Counted from the stretch's first letter, positions 36,493 to 48,215 are shown. The stretch is DNA of 56,699 nt from Scyliorhinus canicula (GCF_902713615.1 NW_024056007.1:62001-118699), one strand, 5' to 3'. Notes: generated by a model not told the origin, from the letters alone. Translations and numbers: made by a program.

Positions 36493-36801
36493 AGCGATAG
36501 CTGGACAAGCTATAAATCACCATCAGTCACATGAAGGTGTCCAACTGTTGAGTGGATTTAAATAAATGGACAAGATCCAATGTTTCAAAGTACCTCTTTA
36601 TTGAAAGCGTTGTTTGTTCGCCCTGACTTGCTACTAAATGGCCGTGGGTAGATAATATTCTCTTCACATAAACCGTGAAAATGTCAAAGGACGATGAGAA
36701 TGCTGGAAATTAAAATAGAATTAAAAGAGATTGCAGTCTCATAACATCTATTCCAGAATTTATTATCGTGGCCTGGAGAATTGTTATTTAGATTGTACAG
36801 A

Positions 36802-36829
36802 GGTATTTGCTCAGGTCTGTCACACTGTG
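36802..36829 (-). other. 12-RSS at the 3' end of the NAR-TCR V
   Basis: CACAGTG, tgacagacctga (12), GCAAATACC (7/9 consensus). Confidence 0.8.
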
Positions 36830-37123
36830 ACACGGCAAAATAGTAAGCAGTACAGTAATAGGACGCAGTGTCTTCAACTATCAGATTCCGAATTACCAGT
36901 GAAAATGTATTTTTTGCTTTATTCACCGACACAACAAATCTCCCTCCGGTCCAAATGCGCTGCCGTTCTATCCCAGTCTGGGATTTTCTAAAGAAATATC
37001 CACCTTGGAATGAATATGCGTTCCAAAAACTACCACCACTGAAAACACAGGTGATGGTGAGAGGCTGACACTCCTTCCTGGTCACCGCTGCCGGGCTCTG
37101 AGTCACTGACTGACTGAAACATC
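36830..37123 (-). CDS. NAR-TCR (VNAR-like) V or joined V-D segment, open frame
   Basis: ttccag acceptor; SVTQSPAAVTRKECQPLTITC...GGRFVVSVNKAKNTFSLVIRNLIVEDTASYYCTAYYFAV; about 400 bp of upstream intron homologous to that of the 31.3 kb exon. Confidence 0.88.
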
Positions 37124-37930
37124 CTGGAAATTAAAGGGACAGTTTAATGGCCCATCAGAGCCTGAACCACACAGCGGGGCTAAAACCCCAGACAGGGTCT
37201 GTAATTGAGATGGACTCGGGCAGCTTTATATTAAATCCACACAATGTGCGATTTGATCGGTACTTCACGGGGTAAACAGACACACAGAGTCAAAGCAAAG
37301 AAGATTCCCATCGTTCTGCTTGCCTGGAGTTGATAGTAAAAGGCCGGGAGCTGGAGACTGCAGACCTGGACTACTCGGGGAGACGGGACCTCAGAGCGGG
37401 ACTCTAATACTTCAGGGGTCGTCGAGTTCATATGCAGAAGACGGTGGTTCCCGCTTCCCGGCCTATAGCTCTGAGTTGTGTGAATAAGGGACCGATTTAA
37501 AAAAAAGGAAAGACCAGTTTTTCTTTCCTCTACTCGGGTTGTGATCGTTGTGTGAAATCCACTCACATTCATCTTCAGAACAGGAGGGCGGAGCTGCGGT
37601 TTCTTCTAATAGTAAAGGGTACGCCTTCCTCGAGGTTAAATTGTGAGGCATTCCAGTGACATTGCCAAAATGTTGGCTGCAATAGACAACATTCAGGTGC
37701 TTCTGATCACTTATTAAAGAACTTTCAACGTGGGCAGCTCAGCCGATTAGAATTCAAAACGCTCCGCCTTTTACTTGCTTTTGTGTTGCCGCACGATTGA
37801 TTTTATATCATTGCCTGGATACGTCAATGCACGTAGTTCGGTACATGTGTCTAATGCGGTTGCCCAGTCCACTGGAGGTCGCTCTCTGATAACCTGCGAA
37901 AGATTGCGATCCCATTCTCCAGAATATTAC

Positions 37931-37982
37931 TGAAGATGCAAAAATCGGTGTGGAGAATGAATCCAAGCCGATCGCACAGCAT
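37931..37982 (-). CDS. Candidate leader exon of the 37.1 kb NAR V
   Basis: MLCDRLGFILHTDFCIF then phase 1 A|gtaata, about 800 bp upstream; only moderately hydrophobic. Confidence 0.35.
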
Positions 37983-38399
37983 CCCATTCGAAATGTCAAT
38001 TTTCCCATTTACAGCTCCAGTAGAGGAATAAACACTCATTATGTTTCTGGAATTCAGACTGGATTGGCTGGGTGGAAGGGGGCGGTACGAGGGGCGTGAA
38101 ATTGGCTGAGTCTAATTATTGACCTCTGATCAGGACAATTTGATTGATCACAAATTCTATGATCTATGATCAATCAAATTGTCCTGATCAGTGGTCGGTC
38201 TCATTGACTCGCCCGACTAAATTACCCCGTCCTCATATTATTTCCCATTTTAATTCACGGGTAATTATTCAATTTCTGGTCTGTTTCGGTTATTTCTACA
38301 AACCCGTTGTGTTCCTATTTTCATTTTCAGAGATGAATAAAGGAGACTCAGGGTCCCAGTCAGGAAAATGAGTCAAGCATAAGAGAATGAAGATACAGC

Positions 38400-39790
38400 A
38401 ATAAGACCATAAGACATAGGAGCAGAATTAGGCCACTCAGCCCATCGAGTCTGGTCCGCCATTCAATCATGGCTGATATTTTTCTCATCCCCATTCCCCT
38501 GCATTCTCCACATAACCCCTGATCCACTTATTAATCAATAACCTATCTATCTCGGTATTAAAGACACTCAGTGATTTGACCTCCACAGTCTTCTGCGGCA
38601 AAGAATTCCACAGATTCACCATCCCCTGGCTGAATAAATTCCTCTTGACCTCTGTTTAAAGAGTCGTTCCTTTAGCCTGAGATGGTGTCCTCTGCTTCTA
38701 GTTTTCCTACAAGTGGAAACATCCGCTCCACGTCCACTCTATCCAGGTCTCACAGTATACTGGAAATTTCAATAAGACCCCCCTCATCCTTTTAAATTCA
38801 AACGAGTACACACCCACAGTCCTCAGCTGTTCCTCATACGACAAGCTTTTCATTCCAGGGATCATTCTTGTGAACCTCCTCTGAACCCTTTCCAAGGCCC
38901 AGCACATCCTTCCTTAGATATGGTGCCCAAAACTGCTCACAATACTCCAAATGGGGGTCTGACCAGAGCCTTATATAGTCTCAGAAGTACATCCCTGTTT
39001 TTATTTCTAGCACTATCGACATGAATGCTAACATTGCATTTGGTTTCCTAACTGCCGGCTGTACCTGCACGTAATCTGAAGAGAATCGTGAACAAGGACT
39101 CCCAAATCCCTTTGTGCTTCTGATTTCCTAATTAGAAAACAGTCTACGCCTCCATTTCACCTTCAAAAGTGCATAACTTCACATTTTTCCACATTGTATT
39201 CTATCTGCTATTTCTTTGCCCATTCTCTTAGCTTGTGCATGTGCTTCTGCAGCCCGCCTGCTTCCTCAATACTACCTGTCATTACATTTTTGTATCATCT
39301 GCAAACTTAGCAGAAGTGCCTTCAGTTCCTTCTTCCAGATCATTAATATGTATTTTGAAAAGTTGTGGCCCCAGCACAGACCCCTGAGGCACACCACTAG
39401 TCACCGGCTGCCATTTGAAAAATACCCCTTTATCCCCACTTCTACCAGCCAGCCAATCCTCTATCCATGCCAGGTTCTTACCCTTAACGCCATGGGCTCT
39501 TAACTTATTTAACAGTCTCCTATGCGGCACTTTTTCAAAAGTTTTCTCAAAATCTAAATAAATCCTGTCCACTGGTTCTCCTTTGGCTAACTTCCTTATT
39601 ACTTCCTCAAAAAACCCTAACAGATTTGTCAGACACGACCAAGCAGTGCTGACTCAGTCCTATTTTACCATGCACATCCAAGGATGCCGCAATTTCTTCT
39701 TTAATAATGGTCTCTAAATTCTTACCAATGACCGAAGTCAGGCTAAGTGGCGTACAATTTCCCGTATTCTGCCTCCCTCCTTTCTTAAGC
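38400..39790 (-). mobile_element. CR1 3' portion with internal deletions
   Basis: [25 protein letters not shown]; (cataaga c)n tail. Confidence 0.85.
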
Positions 39791-39965
39791 ACCCATACTT
39801 CCTCAGGAAACTGAAATTCGGCACGTCCACATTGTCTCTTGCCAATTTTTACAGATGCACCATAGAAAACATTCTATCTGGCTGCATCACAGCTTCGTAT
39901 GGGAACTGCTCGCCCCTAGACCGTAAGAAACAGCAGAGAGTCGTCAACACCGCCAAGTCCATGAT
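39790..39965 (+). mobile_element. Rex1/Babar LINE RT C-terminal fragment
   Basis: LANFYRCTIENILSGCITASYGNCS..DRKKQQRVVNTA. Confidence 0.7.
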
Positions 39966-40413
39966 ACAAATTACGATGGAATATAAGCCCCAGTGCTGTC
40001 GCATCTTGTTAGGAAGTGAGAAAGACAGACAAGGAGAGCCGGATATGGAATGTGCAGGTTAGGTGGATTGGTCATGCAAAAGTGTCCATTATGTCCAAAG
40101 GTTAGTTAGGATTACAGGTATAGGGTGGGGAATGGGCCTGGCAAGGTGCTCTTCGGAGGCTCGCTGCAGATTCGACGTCCTGCGTTGTTAGGATTCTATG
40201 ATTGGTGAGAGCCAGTGTTTTCAACCCGTCACCAACAGTGATTGAACTACAGCTGGAGTTGCCGCAGTAAAACAAGCCAATCAAAGCAGTTAGCAAAGCC
40301 GCTATCTTCTCCAAAATTGAAACTGCCTTTAATCTGAGTTTACTCTTTGATATTAAACTAGCAGCAGCAATATATTTCAAACAGTTTCGCTGTTTACTGT
40401 CCAATCAGGAACA

Positions 40414-40835
40414 ATGTGCTCCCTGTGTATTTTACTAATAATAATTGTCTTGGTTATCGGTGAGTCTGAACTCAAATCTCCAGTCTGTGTTGCATGGGTT
40501 ATGTTTACTCACACATTCCTGACACATTCTACATATTGTTGCAGGAACGAACGGACAATATTTTCATTCCCATGATCCATCTGAATTGACGGTTCAAGAA
40601 GGGCAGACGGCAACATTCAACTGCAGTTACACAAGTACGCTTCTCGAAACTCCCTTCTGGTACAGCCAGTGTACTGGGAAGCTCCGAGATATTTACCCAG
40701 GAAGTACGGCAAGAGAAAGGGGTAAGTCTCTAGATGTGTCTTACCGATTATCTGCTGTTCAAGACAAGACAACATTTCCTTTTAAAGATCGCTGGGGCTC
40801 ATGTTTCTGACTCCGTTGCATATCACTCTGCGCTA
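40414..40835 (+). pseudogene. TCR Valpha/delta pseudogene with leader (40414-40459) and V exon from 40545
   Basis: MCSLCILLIIIVLVIG|gtgagt; LTVQEGQTATFNCSY..PFWYSQ; frameshifts and stop; YYC replaced by YHS; RSS eroded. Confidence 0.85.
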
Positions 40836-41199
40836 AGCACCACGCTTCTTTCACAGCTGTAATCAGTCCGGGTAGGCACGCTGGCCTCATCTCGCTGACT
40901 CGAAATATGACATTGATTGTCAACTGTTAATCCAACCATAATCACAATATACAGACCAACTTTGTGTGATGGGGATGTGTTAAACCGTGGAAAGAAAGGT
41001 GTCTCTCTCTCTCGCGTGAAACTCCAATTGAGTACGTTTAGCCCGAAGATTGGTGGGTCCGCCAACAACCATTCCCCCACTACCCACATATGATGGTTAC
41101 AACATGCCGCACATAGCGACTGCATGAACATCGGAAGTAACAGCAGCCATTTTGAATGGCCCCAAACAAAGTGAAAGCGGCAACATACGGTGAGAATGC

Positions 41200-41640
41200 C
41201 TGACCCAGGGGAAGGGGTGGGAATGGGTGGGGAATGGAAGTTCGCAACACCACCTTTAGAATAATCACCTGGAACGTCAGGAGGCTTAACTGTTCAGTGA
41301 AAAGATCCATAGATTTTCCCATTTGAAAGGCCCGAGAGCCAATCTAGTCCTTCTACAAAGGACACACCTGAGGGAGAAGGACAAACTGAGGATAAGGAAA
41401 GGCAGGGTAGGCAGACAAACCAAGCGTGCTACGGAATAAGGCCTACGGGCGTGGCCATACAATTTAATAAGGGGGACGCCATTCACTGTGGCAAAGGCGG
41501 TGTCAGACTCCCGGGGTGGGGGACAGTATCTTATGGTAATCAGTGTCCTGGTAGGGGCACCAGTGGTACGTGTAAATGTTTATGACTCCAATGGTCCCAG
41601 CAGTTCTCCAATAAGGCTCCCACGTACCTGGTCACCACAT
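41200..41640 (+). mobile_element. L1 ORF2 endonuclease fragment
   Basis: IITWNVRRLN..VKRS...LLQRTHLR. Confidence 0.7.
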
Positions 41641-41649
41641 TCAGAGATG

Positions 41650-41801
41650 AAAGAGATGAGGGACGATTTAAAGTATCTGTGGATAGTGTGAAAGGCTCCA
41701 CTACTCTCAGTGCCAACACGGTTGAGTTGTCAGACGCTGCAGTGTATTGCAGTGCATTGAGGCAGTGTGAAACAAAGAGATGAGGACCCTGTGCAAGAAC
41801 T
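41650..41801 (+). pseudogene. 3' fragment of a TCR V with damaged 23-RSS
   Basis: EGRFKVSVDSVKGSTTLSANTVELSDAAVYCSALR; CAGTGTG-23-GCAAGAACT (41763-41801); 5' half lost next to the L1 fragment. Confidence 0.75.
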
Positions 41802-42424
41802 CAATCGACATGAGGACTGTGAAAACAACCAGCCTTGGCTGTAGAAGTGAGTTTAATCCCAAAAAAATGGATAAATGTTTTTCATTCGAGGAATTTAATG
41901 GCAGTGATAATAAAACCAAAACTCTAAAACTCTAAATAAGCTTCCATAATAATAATCCACCAGTATATTGCAGCAATACTCGGGAAGATATTGACCAGAT
42001 GACGTTCTGAGATCTTATCTTTGGTCAGAATTTGCAGCTGCTAATTCACCGCTGTTACAGATAATTACAGGGATTACAGGAAATACCTGTCCGTCGTGAC
42101 ACTTCACCTCAACCACAGTGTACTTAGGACAAGAGCCTATATCTGATTTAAGGATTGTCAGGCATAGAAGTATGTCTTCTGGGCCAGGATATTTGGCTTT
42201 CAATACCACATTATGACTTTATGGCTACAGAAGTTGTGCTCCTGGTCTGCTAACACAGGTCATTTATCAGCTTTGAAGTTCTTCCAATATGCCTGGTGCC
42301 AGATGTTAAGTGAAGGAGAGTTTCCTGGTCAGCCATGTGCAGGAGGCAATGTAAACCACTCCATGCCACTCCATACTTTGTCAGGAATGAGCATCGGCCA
42401 ATCTAATAGTCCATGATCAATCAG

Positions 42425-42600
42425 CGCCACTGGGTGGTACAGGCGGCGTAGACAGCAAGTCTGGTGAACCTTCATTCCACTCCCTCTGTGACAATAATTT
42501 CTTTCCTAAGGTAAAGGGACCAGAACTCCAGGGACGGTCTAACCAAGCTCCTATACAATTGAAGTAGGGCTTCACAATTCCTGTACTCAAAACCTCTTGT
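42425..42600 (-). mobile_element. CR1 fragment
   Basis: EALLQLYRSLVRP.LEF. Confidence 0.6.
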
Positions 42601-42604
42601 GATA

Positions 42605-42825
42605 ATGATGTGGAGATGCCAGCATTGGACTGTGTGGGAACAATAAGAAGTCACACGACACCAGGTTAAAGTCCAACAGGTTTGTTTGGAATCACTAGCT
42701 TTCGGAGCGTTGTTCCTTCATCGGGTGACCAGCTTTCAGAGTGTAGCTCCTTCATCCACTCGCTCGGAAAGCTAATCATTCGAAACAAACGTGTTAGAAT
42801 TTAACCTGATGTTGTAGGACTTCCG
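42605..42825. mobile_element. Penelope-like hairpin element with tandem hammerhead-like motifs
   Basis: Inverted arms; minus strand cac-CCGATGA-aggaacaacgctcc-GAA-AGCT-A-gtg at 42693-42727. Confidence 0.65.
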
Positions 42826-43128
42826 ACTATCCCTGGAACAGGCAGCTCGTTGAACCTCACTGTTTGAAGCGTGAAATGTATCTGCTGAGTATTCCCAAAT
42901 TCTTTACAACTGATCGTATGAGTTTGACATATCAAGAGGCGCCATATATATTCTCTATATTCATTCCCTAAACTCTCTGCGTTAAGATGATTTGACAGTA
43001 TATTTATTGTGTAAAGTTATTATTTAGAATTATAATATAGACATCACTAAAGTTTAATGAGCCAATTAAGACTTAACCTTAATCGCAATTTTTGCCATTC
43101 GCTCTGTTATGTTGAGTGGCTCTCTGAC

Positions 43129-43472
43129 AGTTTTTGTACAGGTTCAGCTCAGCTCTGTGTCTCTGGGTTTCAGCACGCAGTAATGCACGGCATAGTCTGC
43201 CGGTTCTGTTTCGGCTACTTTCAGCGGGAAGGTGCGCATTGATTCATCGGGATCTGCGGAAACATTGTCCCCTGGAAAGCTCTCTATGTTCCCGGTGAAT
43301 CTGATTCTCTGCAGCAGATACGCAATTGATCCGTCGGGACAGTGAAAATACCAGGATAGACACAGAGCATTGATGCCTGTAGTGGTATAATTACGGAACA
43401 ATTGGACATTCTTCCCTTCAACCACTGGGATTGCAGACAGTGTCTGTGATACAGAAACTCCTCGACAAAGTC
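43129..43472 (-). pseudogene. TCR V pseudogene, inverted relative to neighbours
   Basis: VSVSQT..VEGKNVQLFRNY (first Cys lost), LSWYFH, DYAVHYCVLK; heptamer eroded to CCCAGAG, 23 nt, ACAAAAACT. Confidence 0.8.
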
Positions 43473-43731
43473 CTGTAAGAAGCAAGGGCAATATTCAGTT
43501 AAAAGGCGCCACTTCACTACCTTTATCACCAAATCGGTCCGTCACTCTGGATCTGAGAAATAAATCGGGCAGCTAAATAGAAATACATCTCCCGCAGCTC
43601 AGTGGCTGAAATTGGAAGGTGCTTGGATTTCGCATGTTCTGTCATCCAGGAGGCGACGTTCGTTCTTTTTTATAGGGTGTTCTACAGCTTTCTGACACAC
43701 AAACACTCTCTCGAATTCCGGAGTAGCAGCA

Positions 43732-44755
43732 ATGCGTCTCCCCGTTCTCGCTTTGATCTGGGTAGCATCCATTGCGGGTAAGAAGATTAAAACGTGAAAA
43801 ACAACAGAGTAATTTCGAGAGAAAGACATTTGAAAAGCAAAGAGCTGATTATAGTCATGTGCTTAAATCTGGTTTAACCTCACTACGAATATTCGGAAAA
43901 TATCATAAATGCAAAGGTGAAAATGGAAAATGCAATTTATAAGGATCCTATCAGATTTCGAAAAGTAACTATCGGAAATCCTTGTACATTCCGGGATTCT
44001 TTTCTCGAGCAAAGAATCTCTGGATCAACCTAAAAAAGTATTTTAAATGTTGAAGCTGCTTCAGAGGTTTAAACACGTGAAGGTTTTTTTTTTCCAATCT
44101 GGACGATTTAAAATCGAAGAATATAAAGTTATATAAGTCCAAGAGATATTTCTGGAAAAACTTCTCAACATAGAGAGTGTGGGTATCACTGTCACAGGAG
44201 GGTTGGAGTGAATATTAGAAATACATTTCAGGGGAATCTAAATGAACAGATTATGGAGGAAGGAAACTTTCAGAGGGTGAGAGGAAGAAGGCTGAAGGTG
44301 GCTGACGGGGGTGCAAACCCGACACTGATCAGTTTTGTCTAATGAATTTTTATCCTAAGTTCTAAATTCGATCTAATGTGATAGAAAACTGACCACAATT
44401 TCTCGCCCGTTCTTGCTCGAAGCAATGGAGATTCTGTTACTCAGCGGAAATCCTCACTCACACGGACAGCGGGAGAAAATGTCACTTTAACCTACACCTA
44501 CACCAGGAATTATTTTTACTTGTTCTGGTACCGTCACTCCCCAGATAGACAGCCCGAGTTTGCGCTCCGGAGATACACGGACGGCAGTGACGACTATAAA
44601 GCGGATTTCGCTCAGAGACGGTTTTCTGATACACTGCAACAAGCAGAGAAGTTGTACCGATTGACCATCTCGGATCTGCCGCTGTCTGACACCGCGGTCT
44701 ATTACTGTGCATTACTCACAGTGATAGCAACGAGTGAGAGCATCGTACAAAAACT
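43732..44755 (+). pseudogene. TCR Valpha/delta with leader (43732-43777) and V exon (about 44418-44716); Cys23 to Tyr, acceptor lost
   Basis: MRLPVLALIWVASIAG|gtaaga; GDSVTQ..ENVTLTYTY..LFWYRH..DTAVYYCALL; CACAGTG-23-ACAAAAACT; no phase-compatible AG found. Confidence 0.88.
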
Positions 44756-45361
44756 GCGGCAGGTTTCTGTCTGTTGAGAGTTGCTTTCGTAGCGTCTCAC
44801 ACACTGGCACATGAATACATTTCTGAGGGCGCAAACGCCTCCCACAACCCACATCAACACCATCCATCACTGTTCACACTTAACACTGAATCTCTCTAAT
44901 CATTGCATTCAGTGTGCGAAATCAGGATTCGCTACTCACCAGTCGCACAAACAAAACAAACTCCGGCCGCTTTCCAGGGACTAGGTCTGTCTGTTTACGC
45001 TGCTTCAATGTTGAAAGACGGACACGGGTGGAGAAGATTGTCATGATTTTATGGTGTTGATTAAATAGTCCGTAATGTTGAAAGCACATGGATTCTGAAA
45101 TTATTACCCATCATGTTGATTATGACTTTATTACACTAGACCCTGTCTCACTTATTTCTGCAATAAAGTAATAGGTGCACATAATGCACTCCACAATGCA
45201 CACAACTACATCGCAATATGCTCTCTTTCCCTCTGTTATTACTTATTATAACATGCTTTTCATCACATGCTTATTAGGCAACGCCTGTTCGACCACGTTT
45301 ATGTTCACAATCTGTTCTCCAAATAAAACTGTTTCAGAGCTGCACAGTCAAATAGAGGGGT

Positions 45362-45590
45362 TGAAGGGCAGCACGGTGGCGCAGTGGTTAGCTTTGCTGC
45401 ATCACGGCGCGGAAGGTCCCAGGTTCGATCCCGGCTCAATACCCACTGTCCGTGTGGAGTTTGCGCATTCTCCCCGTGTTTGCGTGGATTTCACCCCCAC
45501 AACCCAAAGATGTGCAGGGTAGATGGATTGGCCACGCTAAATTGCTCCTTAATTGGTAAAAATGAATTGGGTACACTAAATTAAAAAAAC
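45362..45590 (+). mobile_element. V-SINE-like SINE (short, A-tailed)
   Basis: gggcagcacggtggcgcagtggttagc head. Confidence 0.8.
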
Positions 45591-46019
45591 AGAAATAGAG
45601 GGATTAAATATAAAGAGACATTTATCAAATTCACTCCCGTTCTATAATTCCTAATTTCACTGACACAGAACAAGATTGTCACTGCAAGTCCACTCCTCCC
45701 AATCCACAGACCCTGATCCATCAAGTTACAGCCTTTCGCATCTCTGTCTCTGACACGCAGGTGTTGAAGAGGCCAAGTTTTGTTGCCTATCTCTTGACCG
45801 ACTGTGGAAGTGAGGGGTGTGGCATGTGGCATGTGGCAGATTCAGAATGGCTGCTTCCTAGGCTTGCTTGCGGCCTGTGAGGCTGCGATCCCAGCCCATG
45901 GTCTGCTGCCTGTGGATCCCTTGTTATCAGTTGAGTGCAGATAGAGACTTCTCGTGGCTGGGCAGACCATGTTCAAATGTTTAGTCGAATGGCCACCTTT
46001 GGTGCCATAATCGTCTATA

Positions 46020-46190
46020 TTTTGTTATAATCAATTTAGAGTGCCCAATTCATTTTTCCAATTTAGCGTGGCCAATCGATGTGCACATCTTTGGGTTGTG
46101 GGGGCGAAATCCACTCAAACACTGCGAGAATCTGCAAACTCCACACGGACAGTGACCCAGAGCCGGGATCGAAACTAGGACCTTGACGGC
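46020..46190 (-). mobile_element. V-SINE-like SINE, partial
   Basis: Same family as 2999-3226. Confidence 0.7.
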
Positions 46191-46879
46191 AATCATCTAT
46201 ATAATCCATAAATCTGTGTTTATTCCGGGGAGATCCGAAGAAGGGGAGTTGATCTAGTTGAAATACAAAGCGACTTGACAAGAAGTTCCTGAGAGAGGTT
46301 GTTCCCTTTCTGCGGAGGTCGAAACCCGTGTGTACAGTCTCTGCCTATCATGATGGGCTGAAATGAATGGGAAGTTCTTCATTCAAAGAATTGTGAATGA
46401 TGGTAATGCTCTACCCGCGCGAGTTCTTTATACTCGATCGTTGAGCGTATTCAACAAAGAGGTAGATAGATGGTTGGCTGCAAGGGGTTTAATGAGTATG
46501 GGAATTGGGCGAGATGGCAGAGTTCAGGGAGAAAACAGGCATGGGGGAGCCGTCCAGAAGTGAGAATTCCCCAACTCTATTCCCACTGTTTAAATAATGC
46601 ACTGCTTCCAACTGAAAACGTTGTTCAATTGAAGGATACGAAATGTCCACAAAAACAAGAAATTCAACGTGGTCACCTCTTGCCGCATGAGATTTCTCAA
46701 TCGTCATGAAATGAATGGAAGATGTGGCCGACAGAACCATCAGGAGGCACTTTCTTTGCAGTTATCTTCCCACTGCATTTTATTGAGTGTGGCATTAAGA
46801 ATTAAATTTGAAGTGAATGACAATCATGGAGCGGATATTTCACATCATACCCAGCCCTAATGATGATGGAGAGAAATCA

Positions 46880-47945
46880 TTTCTGTCCCGGGATTTTGCT
46901 GTAAGAGTTCCTCAAGGCATCGTCCGTGGCCCAAATATGTTCAACTGCTTAATCAATGATCCTGCACCCCACCCTCCCACCCCGTCACAGAGTTAGACGT
47001 GGGAACCATTGCAGAAGCACAGGGAACGTCTGAGAAACTTAAGCAGTCAATTCCGGCGAGTAGCAATTGCTTTGGCTGATTTGTGGCCAATACCATTCGT
47101 GCCACTAAAGTGTCAGGCTATGATCACTTTCGATAACAATCTTTGACTTTCGATAACATTCAACGGTTCCTGTTCAGCACCCTCCTTGTCGCAGAATACC
47201 ACACCATCCAGACCCTGTCAGTGACCATAGACCAGTAAAGTCACTGCAACTACATTTAAAATACGGTGCCTACAAAAGCGGGTCAGACACTTGGAATTCC
47301 TCTGACTACTCAAAGGCGTTCGGCTAACAGGAAGACACAGTCAGGAGTATGAAGGGAATAGATAGGACAGATGCAGGGAGGTTGTTTCCACTAGCGAGTG
47401 AAAGCACGACGAGGGAGTATAGCCTCAAAATAAGGGGAAGTACATTTAGGACCATGCTTGGAAAGAACTTCTTCACCCAAAGGGTTGTGACTCTATGGAA
47501 TGCCTTGACCAGTGAAGCAGTTGAGACTCCTTTATTGAATATTTTCAAGGTATAGATAGTTTTATGAAGAATAAAGGAATAAAGGGTTATGGTGTTAGGG
47601 TGGGAAAGTGGAGCTATGTCCACAAAAGATCAGCCATGATCTCAATGAATAGCGGAGCAGGCTCAAAGGGCCAGATGGCCGTCTCCTGCTCCTGGTTCTT
47701 ATGTTCTTATGTTATTATGATAACACACTCTCCATTTAGCTGGACGAGGGGACATCCAGCAATGTCTCAACGGCTCGGTATCAGCCACAACTGCTGATTG
47801 GCGCCCCACCCACCACCTTAAACTTTCGCTCCTTCCACTCAGGACGCACAGTGGCAGCAATATGCACCATTCTACACGAGGAACTGCAGCAATTTGTCAA
47901 GTGCACTTCGACAGCGCCTTCGAAACCGCTGATCCCTATTGACTG
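46880..47945 (+). mobile_element. Old CR1/L2-like LINE remnant interrupted by a young CR1 3' fragment (47340-47712)
   Basis: GVPQG.VxGP.MFNCLINDP; insert MKGIDRTDAGRLFP...KNFFTQRVV is close to the 12.4 kb element. Confidence 0.65.
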
Positions 47946-47954
47946 GAAGGAGCA

Positions 47955-48215
47955 GGGCGCAGCACGGTGGCGTAGTGATTAGCACTGCTTCCTCACAGTG
48001 ACAGGCACTGTGTGGAATTTTCACGTTCTCACATTGTCTGCGTGGGTTTCCTCCAAGTGCAGTTTCGCTGGATTGCTCAAGATAAATTGCGTGTTAATGT
48101 CACAAAAATGTGCAGATTACGGATATAGGGCGGGGAATGGGCCTGGGTAAAGTGCTCCTTCGGACTGCCGGTGTAGACTCGATAGACCGAATGGCCTCTT
48201 TCAGCATTGCAATGA
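47955..48215 (+). mobile_element. V-SINE-like SINE with internal deletions
   Basis: Head and tail motifs. Confidence 0.7.

Noticed and set aside
36493-36801. D segment between NAR V and J
   Set aside because: No heptamer/nonamer pair found by eye.
44939-44995. Minus-strand donor as leader of the 43.3 kb V (WKAAGVCFVCATG|gtgagt)
   Set aside because: No in-frame ATG after the upstream stop; it would have to span another V.
47993-48015. cacagtg-acagg-cactgtg as a D segment
   Set aside because: The heptamers are in the wrong order for a D, no nonamers are present, and it lies in a deleted SINE head.
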